A stretch of DNA of 56,449 bases from Octopus bimaculoides. Lineage: Eukaryota. The stretch covers positions 15,463,830 through 15,520,278 of the forward strand of contig NC_068997.1 of assembly GCF_001194135.2 (NCBI RefSeq), read 5' to 3'. Position 1 is the stretch's first letter, and each line of letters begins with the position of its first letter. Positions 12,732 to 25,172 of the stretch are shown in pieces. Under the pieces are notes generated by a model. The model saw nothing but the letters and a program-made list of their open reading frames with translations. It made no database searches and was not told where the DNA came from. The position numbers were made by a program, and so were the translations under genes.

Positions 12732-12901
12732 CATATACATATATATGTATATATATGTATATATATATATATATGTGTGTATATATGTATATATATATAC
12801 ATATGCTTATTTGTATGTACACACCCATATGCATAATCATATGTATATTCTCACTGACAATGACTCTCACGCATACACATGCTCACACACATAGCACAAC
12901 A

Positions 12902-12951
<50 letters not shown>

Positions 12952-13800
12952 ATATTCAACTGTCTCAATAGATATGTTTATGTGATTATATTTAAAAATT
13001 AATGCTACCAACTCAGTTAGACATTTGCTGAATGAGATTTTCAATTTCCATAATTAAACTGGTTTTGTCGGAATAAACGACAAAATATAATATAGTCTTT
13101 TAAAAGAGAAAAATAATCTTTGTCCTGCTTTTCTGACTCTCATTACAAATGTACAAGTTTTTCTATGTATGTATGTACGGAGGTACGTGTGCACATATGC
13201 ATGTAGGTATGTGCACACACATACACACACACACACACACACACANNNNNNNNNNNNNNNNNNNNNNNNNNNNNNNNNNNNNNNNNNNNNNNNNNNNNNN
13301 NNNNNNNNNNNNNNNNNNNNNNNNNNNNNNNNNNNNNNNNNNNNNNNNNNNNNNNNNNNNNNNNNNNNNNNNNNNNNNNNNNNNNNNNNNNNNNNNNNNN
13401 NNNNNNNNNNNNNNNNNNNNNNNNNNNNNNNNNNNNNNNNNNNNNNNNNNNNNNNNNNNNNNNNNNNNNNNNNNNNNNNNNNNNNNNNNNNNNNNNNNNN
13501 NNNNNNNNNNNNNNNNNNNNNNNNNNNNNNNNNNNNNNNNNNNATACAAAGGTGCCGTAAGTTCAAAATGTTGCTTTTTCAGAAAACGAAAAAATAGTTT
13601 CATCATTCCATAGCAAAACCTCTATACTACACTCTGACAATATTTGATATTTTGTTATCTGAAGTGGCTGCAGATAAGATTTGATCAAAAGAACCGGCTA
13701 TTGCAAACAAAAATGAATATTGAGAAAATCATATTTGGCCAAATTTGGGCATACAACAGTTTAACATAACAGCAACGATTTATATATATAAAAAAAAGAG

Positions 13801-13926
13801 ACCGATAGAATAAGTACTAGGCTTACAAAGAATAAGTCCTGGAGTCGATTTGTTTGACTAAAGGCAGTGCTCCAGCATGGCCACAGTCAAATGACTGAAA
13901 CAAGTAAAAGAGTAAAAAGAGTAAAG

Positions 13927-13927
<1 letters not shown>
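13801..13927 (+). mobile_element. SINE 3' tail (GGCRGTGCYCCAGCATGGC...GAAACAAGTAAAAG type)
   Basis: The same tail occurs at about 49000-49190 (+) and 33093-33240 (-). Confidence 0.75.
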
Positions 13928-13958
<31 letters not shown>

Positions 13959-13990
13959 CATTATTATTATTATTATCATTATTATTATTG

Positions 13991-14378
13991 TTGAATTAGA
14001 GAGCAATCTTTGCCATCAAAGTGACACTGGGATAAAATATACGAAGCCCAATATACCCATCATGACTACCCGTCTGATAAGGGTACACCAGGCACATGCA
14101 TCACAACCATATGTGCGCGACATGGTGATCTGATATCAAGATAAACAGAACATGGCCTCGCAGGTGGGGCCCAGTTAGAATTTTCATCAGGTCGAGTAGC
14201 CCATCCCGCTCAAAAGGTCCCTGAATAAGGTTTGTTTAAGGATGTTGAGCAAAACACCCATGTCTCCAAAGGTGTTTTATTCAAACCCCAAAGAATTCCT
14301 CTCAACACATGGCTATGATGCTTCCCCACTACTTCTGTACATGATCAGAGATGCACATATCGTCAGCCACCAAGGGAC

Positions 14379-14380
<2 letters not shown>
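13991..14380. repeat. Unclassified dispersed repeat, copy 2 (inverted relative to copy 1)
   Basis: Reverse-complement match to 11250-11617. Confidence 0.85.
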
Positions 14381-14409
<29 letters not shown>

Positions 14410-14410
14410 T

Positions 14411-14626
14411 AGGCAGTAAGCTGGCAGAATCGTTAGCATGCTGGATGAAATACTTGGTGGTATTTCACTTGTCGCTATGTTCTGAGTTCAAACTCTGCTG
14501 AGGTCGACTTTGCCTTTCATCCTTTCAGGGTCAATAAATTAAGTACCAGTGAAGCACTGGGGTCGATATAATCAACTCATCCCCTCCCACCAAATTGCAG
14601 CCCTTGTGACAGAATTTAAAAGCATT
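14411..14626 (+). mobile_element. SINE family A
   Basis: Head, central block and tail present; lies between (ATT)n tracts. Confidence 0.9.
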
Positions 14627-14713
14627 ATTATCATTATTATTATTATTATTATCATTATATCATTATTATTATCATTATCATCATCATCATCATCATCATC
14701 ATCATTATTATTA

Positions 14714-14745
<32 letters not shown>

Positions 14746-14747
<2 letters not shown>

Positions 14748-14960
14748 GGCAGTGAGCTGGCAGAATCATTAGAACGCTGGATGAAGTGCTTAGCGGTATT
14801 TCACCCATCACAGCATTCTGAGTTCGAATTCTGCCGAGGTCGACTTCACCTTTCATCCTTTTGGAGTCAATAAATTAAGTACCAGTTGTATACTGAGGTC
14901 GATGTAATCGACTTTTCCCTCCCCCACATTTCAGGCCTTGTGCCTATAATAGAAAAGGTT
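14746..14960 (+). mobile_element. SINE family A (tandem with the previous copy)
   Basis: Begins within the (ATT/ATC)n tract that follows the previous copy. Confidence 0.9.
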
Positions 14961-14979
14961 ATTGTTGTTGTTGCTGTTA

Positions 14980-15018
<39 letters not shown>

Positions 15019-15753
15019 GTAGTAGTAGTAGTAGTAGTAGTAGTAGAGGTGGTGGTGGTGGTGGTGGTGGTGCTGGCAGTAGTAGCAGAGCAGCTGCAGC
15101 AGCACTAGGTACCAGGTGTAGTATTAACGTAGTTGTTATATGTAACGTGCCACCCATTTAGGAAATTCTAGCTGTCACCACTTCTAACAAATACCGGTAA
15201 TGCTAGTTCCTTTTCCTTCATGTTTTTTTTTTACTAATGTTACCCAGCAACAACAGAATGTCTGCAATTATTTCAAACTAAGTGTTTAGCACGATTAAGA
15301 AGAGATTAAAAGACTAATCTTTTGTAATCCATTTGAGTCAAACCCTCCCCCATTCTTGTAGAACTTTAAGGAAGATCTTAGAAAATAATTTAACTCTGAG
15401 CCAATGAAATAGCTTCTGTGTTGTTATGCAGCCTGTTAGAAAGAGCAGCTAAATTCCCTTTTAATCAATTTTGTGCATGTATGTTCAGGTCGCTTCCATA
15501 TTTATAATGCTTAACCTGAGCTGGAAACATTAATTAATATAGATAACCCTAAAGAGGCAGTTTAATCATGGTTGGAAAGCTTTTGATCATGGTTTTAAGA
15601 GATCGGGAATGACCTACAAGAGAAGGTGCAGCCATGATCGTCTTGCAGTTTAAGGTTATCTAATAGTAGACTCTTTAATGTGCCTTTCTCCTTTTTCTAG
15701 AACTAAGAAGGGAGATCCTAAAACCGAGGTGCCACATGAAAAGCATTGCTGCG

Positions 15754-16117
15754 GGTGCTGGTGCCATGTAAAAAGCAATGGTGCTGGTGCCACATAAAAA
15801 GCACGGGTGCTGGTGCCACATAAAAAGCAATGGTGCTGGTGCCACATAAAAAGCATGGGTGCTGGTGCCATGTAAAAAGCAATGGTGCTGGTGCCACATA
15901 AAAAGCACAGGTGCTGGTGCCACGTAAAAAGCAATGGTGCTGGTGCCACATAAAAAGCACAGGTGCTGGTGCCACATAAAAAGCAATGGTGCTGGTGCCA
16001 CACGAAAAGCAATGGTGCTGGTGCCACAGGAACAGCATGGGTGCTGGTGCCACATAAAAAGCAATGGTGCTGGTGCCACAGGAAAAGCATGGGTGCTGGT
16101 GCTACATAAAGAGCATG
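15754..16117 (+). repeat. Minisatellite, 14 phased 26-bp units (GGTGCTGGTGCCACATAAAAAGCAAT)
   Basis: Units start every 26 nt from 15754 to 16092; degenerate part-units on both sides. Confidence 0.95.
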
Positions 16118-16250
16118 AGTGCCACGGGAAAAGCACACAGTCTATTCTGTAAAGTGGTTGGCATTTGGAAAGGCATCTAGCCATAGAAACCAAACTAGAA
16201 CAGACAATGGTACCTAGTGCGGGCCCTGACCATGCCAGTTCCTGTCAAGT
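16118..16250 (+). mobile_element. SINE/LINE-like 3' tail, family E
   Basis: GTAAAGTGGTTGGCATT.GGAAAGGCATCTAGCC matches 24430-24500, 50000-50045 (-) and 51470-51600. Confidence 0.7.
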
Positions 16251-16374
16251 AGAGGTCGCCACTAGTTAGTTGGGAATTCTTCTTTCAACGTTCAGATGCC
16301 ATTTTACTTGGAGAGAAACAATGCAGCTATCAATAAGAAGAGTTGAAACCAATGCAAGATCTCACAGCTTTAGT

Positions 16375-17130
16375 ATGCATGCATGTGTGTAGGTATGTAG
16401 GTATGTATGTATATATGTATGAATGAGTGTGTGTTTGTATGTATGTATATGCGTGTATGTTTGTATGTATGTATGTATGTGTGTGTGTGCTTGTATGTAT
16501 GTATATGTGTTTGTTTGTATGTATGTGTGTATGTATGTGTGTATGTATGTATGTATGTACGTGTGTGTATGTATGTATGCATGTATGTATCTATGTATGT
16601 GTTTGTGTGTCTGTGTATGTGTGTGAGTGCATATGTATGTATATTTTTGTTTGTTTGTATGTATGTGTGTGTATGTATGTGTATGTATGTATGTGTGTGT
16701 ATGTANNNNNNNNNNGTTTGTGTGTCTGTGTATGTGTGTGAGTGCGTATGTATGTATATGTTTGTTTGTTTGTATGTATGTGTGTGTATGTATGTGTATG
16801 TATGTATGTATGTATGTGTATGTATGTATGCATGTGTGTGTATGTATGTATGTGTGTGTATGTATGTATGTATGTGTGTATGTATATGTATGAACGTATC
16901 CATTTGTGTGTATGTATGTGTGTATGTGTGTGTATATATGTATATGTATGTATGAGTGCATGTATGTATATATGTATGTGTGTGTATGCATGTATAAATA
17001 TATGTGTGTGTTATTGTGTATATATNNNNNNNNNNTATATGTGTATATATATGTATGTATATATAATATATATATACATACACCCACACCCACACACATA
17101 CACACACTCATATATATACACACACACTAC
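16375..17130. repeat. (TATG)n/(TG)n compound satellite with two 10-N gaps
   Basis: Direct inspection. Confidence 0.95.
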
Positions 17131-18117
17131 AAGCACAGACACAAGCGTGTATACACCCATGCATACAACACCGCCATGCATGACACGCACAACACAGTAG
17201 CATATATAGATCACATGGATTACACGTCCCTTCACACGTGCCATACCCACCCACACCCCTACACCAAACTTACTATACACCCTAACACTTTACAGCCCCA
17301 CACCAGAAAGTTAGATTTCACACCCTTCACGGACACCATACACTTTCACACACAAACACGCACACACACATAACACCAATCTCAGGCACTAAACACTCAC
17401 AAACACACATCACATACACACACACACACGGGCATACATGCATACATATATTCTCACACATATTATGTATTCATTGCTGACACCACATACACATGTATAT
17501 ATACACATATGCTTATTTGTGTGTGTATATATACATATATGTATATATACACATACATATATGTATAAATGTTTATATATATATATATATATATATATNN
17601 NNNNNNNNNNNNNNNNNNNNNNNNNNNNNNNNNNNNNNNNNNNNNNNNNNNNNNNNNNNNNNNNNNNNNNNNNNNNNNNNNNNNNNNNNNNNNNNNNNNN
17701 NNNNNNNNNNNNNNNNNNNNNNNNNNNNNNNNNNNNNNNNNNNNNNNNNNNNNNNNNNNNNNNNNNNNNNNNNNNNNNNNNNNNNNNNNNNNNNNNNNNN
17801 NNNNNNNNNNNNNNNNNNNNNNNNNNNNNNNNNNNNNNNNNNNNNNNNNNNNNNNNNNNNNNNNNNNNNNNNNNNNNNNNNNNNNNNNNNNNNNNNNNNN
17901 NNNNNNNNNNNNNNNNNNNNNNNNNNNNNNNNNNNNNNNNNNNNNNNNNNNNNNNNNNNNNNNNNNNNNNNNNNNNNNNNNNNNNNNNNNNNNNNNNNNN
18001 NNNNNNNNNNNNNNNNNNNNNNNNNNNNNNNNNNNNNNNNNNNNNNNNNNNNNNNNNNNNNNNNNNNNNNNNNNNNNNNNNNNNNNNNNNNNNNNNNNNN
18101 NNNNNNNNNNNNNNNNN

Positions 18118-18154
<37 letters not shown>

Positions 18155-18498
18155 CTCATATATATTACACAGGGCCCCTTAGTCTTACGTGCACACTCAC
18201 CACACACGCACACATGCACAAATACACATACATATATACAACACACACCCCACCACCGTCCCATTACATGCATGCACATATATATTAGATGCACCTCCCC
18301 TCCATCATACACACACATACACATGCATATATTACACCTACATATTACTCATACACACACACACGCACACACATACATACATGCATTATATGCTATCTCT
18401 CCCTCAAGCTCACACACATATGTATTACATATACCACCCCCTCCATCGCAGGCACACACATACATATTTATTACATGCACCACCCCCTCCATCATGCG

Positions 18499-18538
<40 letters not shown>

Positions 18539-18654
18539 TACATCTACATATTTGATTTACAAATCAACTTGAAAGGATTAATGTTTCTCGACAGATTCTA
18601 TAATTAATCCCACCATGTTGATTGAAGTAATTTCTAACGATACTTCCTTTCATA

Positions 18655-18945
18655 CATGGCTGACACCACTACCACCACCACCACCGCCAACATCACCAAG
18701 AACAACACAACTACCTCTACCAGAACCACTACCGACACCACGAACGTCACCACCACCATCACCGATACCACAACCACCACCAACAACAACAACAACACAA
18801 CCACTAACCAGCCCCTCCACCACTACCGACACCATTACCACCACCACCATCACCACCAGCCGCATCATCAGCAACGCCCCACCACTACAACTACTCCACC
18901 ATCAACCCCATCACCACCACTACCACCACCACAACCATTACCACA
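18655..18945. repeat. (ACC/AAC/ATC)n low-complexity block
   Basis: Direct inspection; produces the P/T/H-rich part of ORF 18615-19748. Confidence 0.9.
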
Positions 18946-19448
18946 ATGAGCCAACAAAGGAACACATACATAGTTGCTTGACCCATCTAAAATTAGCAGC
19001 CAAATCTTTCATGAAACATTTTCATCAAACATGCTCTTGGAAAATGACATGCAAGATTTCTGATTCTGTAGAAAGACAGGATAGTCACAACTGGAATGTC
19101 TTTGACCAAAGTCTTGCTCAGCCAGAACTGAAATGGTTCAAACAACAAGGGCAGCACCAACAACAATCAGTCCTTTTAACACTCTCACATACCATCACAC
19201 CCACCCTTTCTATCCCCACTGGCTATTGTCTTCACCATATCACAAATACCTCCACCACCACCACCACCAACACCACCATCATCATTACCAGCCCCACCCA
19301 ACCTCTTTCCCCATTCTGTGCCAGTTGTTGGGTATCTACACAATTTCTCCGGCTATTTTCTCTGAATACGCAGCCCCACACTGGAATCAAAAGGAATGTC
19401 TATAATCAATTTTATCTAAAGTTAAATATGACATTCTGGCAGTTTTGG

Positions 19449-19724
19449 TCATCAAACAATTTCATCAAACATCTCATCAAACCAAATTTCCTCAAGCATC
19501 TTCAAGCAATTTCAAACAATTTCATCAAACAATTTCCTCAAACATTTTCGTCAAACATTTTCGTTTTCATCAAACATCATCTTTCATCACACATCATCCA
19601 AATTTTCAAACATTTTCATCTTCACATATTTTCATCATACATCTTGAAACATTGTTCTCCAAACAAACATTTTCTTCATGCATTTATCAAACATCATCCA
19701 ACATCTTTCATCATTTTCAAACAT
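19449..19724 (+). repeat. Degenerate ~12-13 bp tandem repeat (TTTCATCAAACA)
   Basis: Many variants of TTTCATCAAACA(T) occur in succession. Confidence 0.75.
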
Positions 19725-19751
19725 ATATATATATATATATATATGTAATTG

Positions 19752-19805
<54 letters not shown>

Positions 19806-20633
19806 TATATATATATTTGTATACATATGTGTGTGAATATATGTATGTATACACACATACACACACACACATATAGATATGTATGAGTTATATATGTGTG
19901 TGCCCATGTATATAAATACATATATGAATACATTCGTGTGTGTATATATATATATTTATATATACATATATATATANNNNNNNNNNNNNNNNNNNNNNNN
20001 NNNNNNNNNNNNNNNNNNNNNNNNNNNNNNNNNNNNNNNNNNNNNNNNNNNNNNNNNNNNNNNNNNNNNNNNNNNNCAATTTGGTGGTAAGCAAGAACGA
20101 TGATGATGATAATGCCACCACCACCATCACCACCATCACCACCATCACCAACTTATCTTCATCCCCTCAGATTTAAACTTAGAGCAAACCAAAATCCCTC
20201 AACTATGAAATGCTGTAACTTATTTATGTTTTCTGCCCTCTGGTGTTTGCTGCCAATCTATGATCTTCTTAGTTTTTATATTTTTTTATTTAATTATTTA
20301 ATTATTTCATTAATTTTTTTACATTTCAAAAATTGATATAAAACAACAATAAAAAAAATCGTATAATTTCCATTTATCACTTGCTCAATACATAACAAAC
20401 AGCAACAAAGAAACCAAACTTAAAACAATGACGCTCAAAAAAAAAAAATCATAGAAGCTAAACAAAAATAAAGAAAATAAAAACAAAAGGGTTTCTTTTA
20501 ATTTCATTTTGGCAATGCTTAAAATAATTCTTAACGAGAGAGGAAATATGTTTTTGCTTATTTCCTTTAATTAAATTTTTCATCTGACAATGGTTTGGTG
20601 TGTGAAAGGAGTTAAGGGTGGTGGCAAAGAAAG

Positions 20634-20636
<3 letters not shown>

Positions 20637-20706
<70 letters not shown>
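20637..20706. repeat. (GA)n microsatellite
   Basis: Direct inspection. Confidence 0.95.
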
Positions 20707-20709
<3 letters not shown>

Positions 20710-20786
20710 GCTTGAGAAAATACGTTCTTTTTATTAAATATTTACATTTTTTTTATCTTGCATGTGTTTTTATGTGTATATATACA

Positions 20787-20819
<33 letters not shown>

Positions 20820-20842
20820 GCGTGTTTGTTTCTGTGTGTGTG

Positions 20843-20873
<31 letters not shown>

Positions 20874-21266
20874 TTGTGTGTGTGTATATATATATATTTT
20901 TTTTTATTTGTTCAAGGAAAAATTCGTGAAGAAGAATTTTTTTTTTTAAATTGGAAAAGATAGAAGCTAAAAAACAAAATGGTAAAAAAAAAATCATTAG
21001 AATGAAAAATGATGGCAAAAAAGAATTGTAGAGAGAAAAAGAGGAAGAGAGAATGAAAACGATAAAGAAAGAGAGAGAGAGAGAAAGAGAATGGCTGAAA
21101 AGGAGTAAATAAGGAAAGAAGAAAAGGAGAAAGGAAAGCAGACTTGTTCTGATGTCTTACTTATCCTAATAAATCATTCATATTTTATGACAGAGCTAAA
21201 TCTTGAACATGGGTTCTGTAATTAATGGGTCTCTCTCACATTTACCTTAAATGAGGTTTGTGTTCA

Positions 21267-21344
<78 letters not shown>

Positions 21345-21617
21345 CATATGCATAAACATGTATGCCATGTGTGACAAATACATACACAGATGTATGTCTT
21401 ATAAATACAAAATTGTGTCACTGTGCATGTGTGTATGTGCGTCTGTGTATGTATACACATGCAAACATACATGCATGCACACACATATGCATGCATGCGG
21501 ATGCATATATATATATCTATATGTTCATATATGTACATATAAATAAATATATATATATATATATGTGTGTGTGTGCGTGTATATATACATATATGTATAT
21601 ATATATGTGTGTGTATA

Positions 21618-21699
<82 letters not shown>

Positions 21700-22665
21700 G
21701 AAGTAGTTGCTGATACATTCCACACCTACTCAGAGTTTCACATGCATCATATATGCATAATTCATCAGACAGTCAAGCAATGAAGACTATGTGTGTGTTT
21801 GTGCTTGTGTGTGTGTCTGTATTTATATTTTTCATGCATGTACAGATACACCTAAGCACATATATGTTATATGTACCTCAAAGGTGAGTACAAGGCAAAG
21901 ATCCATGTCGGCACAAATGTCTTCGGCAGCAACTCTTGTGATTCTCCTGCTTTACAGAGCAGCACCATTCTGTAGACAGATATATAGTGCACCAACCCTC
22001 CTAACTTTTAATTGCATTCTTCATCTGGAATGTTAAGCATATGCATCAATATACTGTGCCAGTGTTGAAGGAGAACAAATTTTGTCTCACATCAGAGATG
22101 GCACACACCAATTCTTCTCCTGAAGGTATAAGAGAATATCCTACATTTTTTTATTTCATTAAAAAAAGCCAATAAATTTATGATACTTTGTTTTTGTCTG
22201 TTCTTGGGTAAATTCCAAACAGACACTCAGGTATTCTCTTTTGGGAAATACTGTTCCTACATGTTTTTATTTTCCCCCCATGCATGTTGAACCATATTTA
22301 AGACCTCTTTTGGCTTGCAACACTAGCTAAGGATGAATTGCTTCTGTTAACACTTTTGCTATTGCCATCAAAATTAGTATTTTTGCTCCTGCTTTTTTCT
22401 TTTGTGTTTCTGAAATTGTAACTGTTTGCATTTATAAATGTACCTTTTTAATTATGTATTATGTTTAATTCCTGTATGTCTCCTTTACCAAAGTCTCACT
22501 ATGCCTGAAAAATTTGAGAGGTATGTTAACTGTTGTCAACATGGTGGCTAGCACACACTCCAATCAATGTGAAATTAATCATATTGAATGACTAATAGAC
22601 AGAAGAAACTGGATACTTTCAAAAATATATGTAGGCAATGAGACGAACCTTATTTTAAATCTTAC

Positions 22666-22743
22666 ATAGTAAGGCAGATGTTTAAATAATACAAAACAAT
22701 TTTGTTGGTGATAAAACATAATTGCATCTTCCATCAAGTAATC
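22666..22743 (-). CDS. Candidate 78-nt phase 0/0 exon (DYLMEDAIMFYHQQNCFVLFKHLPYY)
   Basis: Minus-strand CTTATTTCTTTCAG acceptor and TAT|GTAAGA donor; only one frame is open. Product not recognised. Confidence 0.3.
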
Positions 22744-22852
22744 CTGAAAGAAATAAGATTCTGTGCAGAATTCTCTTATACGAATGCAGCAACATAGCAA
22801 AGAAGAACAAGAAAACAAACAGCAGCAGCAGCAATAATAATAATAATAATAA

Positions 22853-23520
22853 TCCTTTCAACTGGAGGTACAAGGCCTCTATTTTGTTGATCACTGGTAC
22901 TTAATTTATTGACCCCAAAAGGATGAAAGGCAAAGTTGGCCTCGACGGAATTTGAACTCAGAACGTAGCAACAGACAAAATACTGCCAAGCATTTCACCT
23001 GGTGTGCTAATGATTCTTATTTCTTTATTGCCCACAAGGGGCTAAACATAGAGGGGACAAACAAGGACAGACAAAGGGATTAAGTCGATTACATTGACCC
23101 CAGTGCATAACTGGTACTTAATTTATCGACTCCGAAAGGATGAAAGGTAAAATCGACCTCTGATGATGACAACGATGCTGACGATGAAAGGATGAAAGGT
23201 AAAGTCTACCTTAGTGGAATTTGAACTCAGTTCATAAATATGGACAAGATATTGCTTAGCAGTCTGCCTGACATTGCTAACGATTTTTATTTCTTTACTG
23301 CCCACAAGGGGCTACACACAGAGGGGATAAACAAGGACAGACAAATGAATTAAGTCGATTATATCAATCCCAGTACGTAACTGGTACCTATTTAATCAAC
23401 CCGGAAAAGATGAAAGGCAAAGTCGACATTGGCGGAATTTGAACTCAGAACATAGCGGCAGATGAAATACCGCTAAGCATTTCGCCTGGCGTGCTAACGT
23501 TTCTGCCAGCTCGCTGCCTT
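22853..23520 (-). mobile_element. Chain of three nested/tandem family A SINEs
   Basis: Three central blocks; tail-to-truncated-head junctions at about 23016 and 23286; the full head is at 23480-23520. Confidence 0.9.
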
Positions 23521-23929
23521 AACCAAGACAATAATAATGATTCCTAATATAGGCACAAGGCTTGAAATTTGGATGCTGGATGTGTTTGTTGATTCAATTG
23601 ACCTCAGTTCTTGACTGGTTCTTTATCTGATCTTCACAATGGATTTAACTGATAGTTCGATCTATTGCAAACATTATAGCAGCTGTTCAGTTTATCTTTG
23701 TCAATAACAAGAATCTCTTCTCTAATGTAATCGCTATTGCAAATTAATATCCCTCCATTAAAGACAACGGGGTTATGAACCGCTGACTTCATTGGTCAAA
23801 TACTTAGAAGCTGTATGTTTCAGACAAAAGTTCCTGAGATCAGACACATAAGCATGGTTCTCACGTTATCCAGGATTATAGCTCTATTAAGCAGATAAAC
23901 TGCAGTAAAATATGCCTCACAAACAGTCA

Positions 23930-24072
23930 CCGGCATGGCTGTATGGTAAGAAGCTTGCTTCCCAAACACATGGTTCCAGGTTCAGCCCCACAGCATGGAA
24001 CAATGGGCTAGTGTCTTCTATGACTTGAGAGTGGATCTGGTAGATGGAAACTGCAAGAAGCCCATCGTGTAA
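23930..24072 (+). mobile_element. SINE family B
   Basis: GGCATGGCTGTATGGTAAGAAGCTTGCTTCCCAA head, GTGTCTTCT, GGATCTGGTAGATGGAAACTG.AAGAAGCCC tail. Confidence 0.8.
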
Positions 24073-24262
24073 CTACATGTGGATTGTTGACGATTTTTTT
24101 TCCTTTTTTTTTTTCTTCCGTCTCCCTTTTCTCTTGGACTTTCCTCTGTCTCCTGTTTCTGAAGAAGAGCTTTGCAAGTAAAAATAAAAGAGTAAAAGAT
24201 ACAAAAAAAAAAAAAAAGAAACCGTGTCTATCCCTTCTTACCATCTATGATTCTCTGAAGAT

Positions 24263-24588
24263 ATGACAGCCAGCCTCAGTGCCCCATGGAGGCAATGACA
24301 AATGACTGAGACCTTTGGTAATATGCTGTGCTACAGAAGAAGACCCATGAAATGAAATGAAATCATAGCCATGGCAGGTGCTGGTGTCATGCAAATGGCA
24401 CCTGTGCCAGTGGCACGTAGAAGCACCCATTACACTTTCGGAGTCATTGGCATTATGAAGAGCATCAGGCCATAGAAAACCATGCCAAATCAGACTGGAA
24501 TCTGGTGCAACCCCTCAGCTTACCAGCGCTGGTCAAACCATCCAACCATGCCAGAATGGGCAACAAACATTAAATAATGATGATGATG
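24263..24588 (+). mobile_element. Family E element ending in a (GAT)n tail
   Basis: Contains a single copy of the 26-bp minisatellite motif (GGTGCTGGTGTCA...TGGCACGTAGAAGCAC) and ends AAACCATCCAACCATGCCAG...TTAAATAATGATGATG. Confidence 0.75.
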
Positions 24589-25119
24589 AGTCGCTATCAT
24601 ATTGAGCCCTCCCTCAGTAGCAGTTTGCAATAAAAAGACCTGTCTTGTGGAATACGCCCTTTCTACAAGAAGCAATAAAGAGCAGATGCTCCAGCCAGGC
24701 CAGATTAAAATTGCATTCAAAGTATGACAGACAAACTATAATAAACAAGAGAGGTGATATGCATTTGCTATTTCTATCCAGTCATTCAGGGATAGCTTTC
24801 TGATAGCCTATTTCTGGGTGAGATTGGCCACCTTGCTCATAACCTCATCTCGATTCCTATTCACTTGGGGGTTTGGCCTGCAGACAACTATAAGCAATTG
24901 TTCTCATACTTTGATAAAATAAATCACTATTAACAGATCAATGCCTGTAACTATTCAGATTTGATATAAAAAAAAAAAGTATGCATACATATATGTGTGC
25001 ATGTATATCTATATAAGTATGTATGTATGTATGTATATTTATATAAGTATGTGTGTATGTATGTATATTTATATAAGTATGTATGTATGTTTGTATGTAT
25101 GTATAAATATATATATGTA

Positions 25120-25172
<53 letters not shown>

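Noticed and set aside
15754-16117. CRISPR-like regular repeats
   Set aside because: The units are contiguous with no unique spacers, there are no cas genes, and the context is eukaryotic.
15656-16193. Repetitive Cys/His-rich ORFs (APAPLLFMWHQHHCFLCGTST)
   Set aside because: Three-frame read-through of the 26-bp minisatellite; the unit is not a multiple of 3.
18615-19748. 377-aa ORF, the longest without gaps
   Set aside because: It is stitched from (ACC)n blocks and the TTTCATCAAACA repeat on a C/A-rich strand that is poor in stops. No recognisable domain or splice support.
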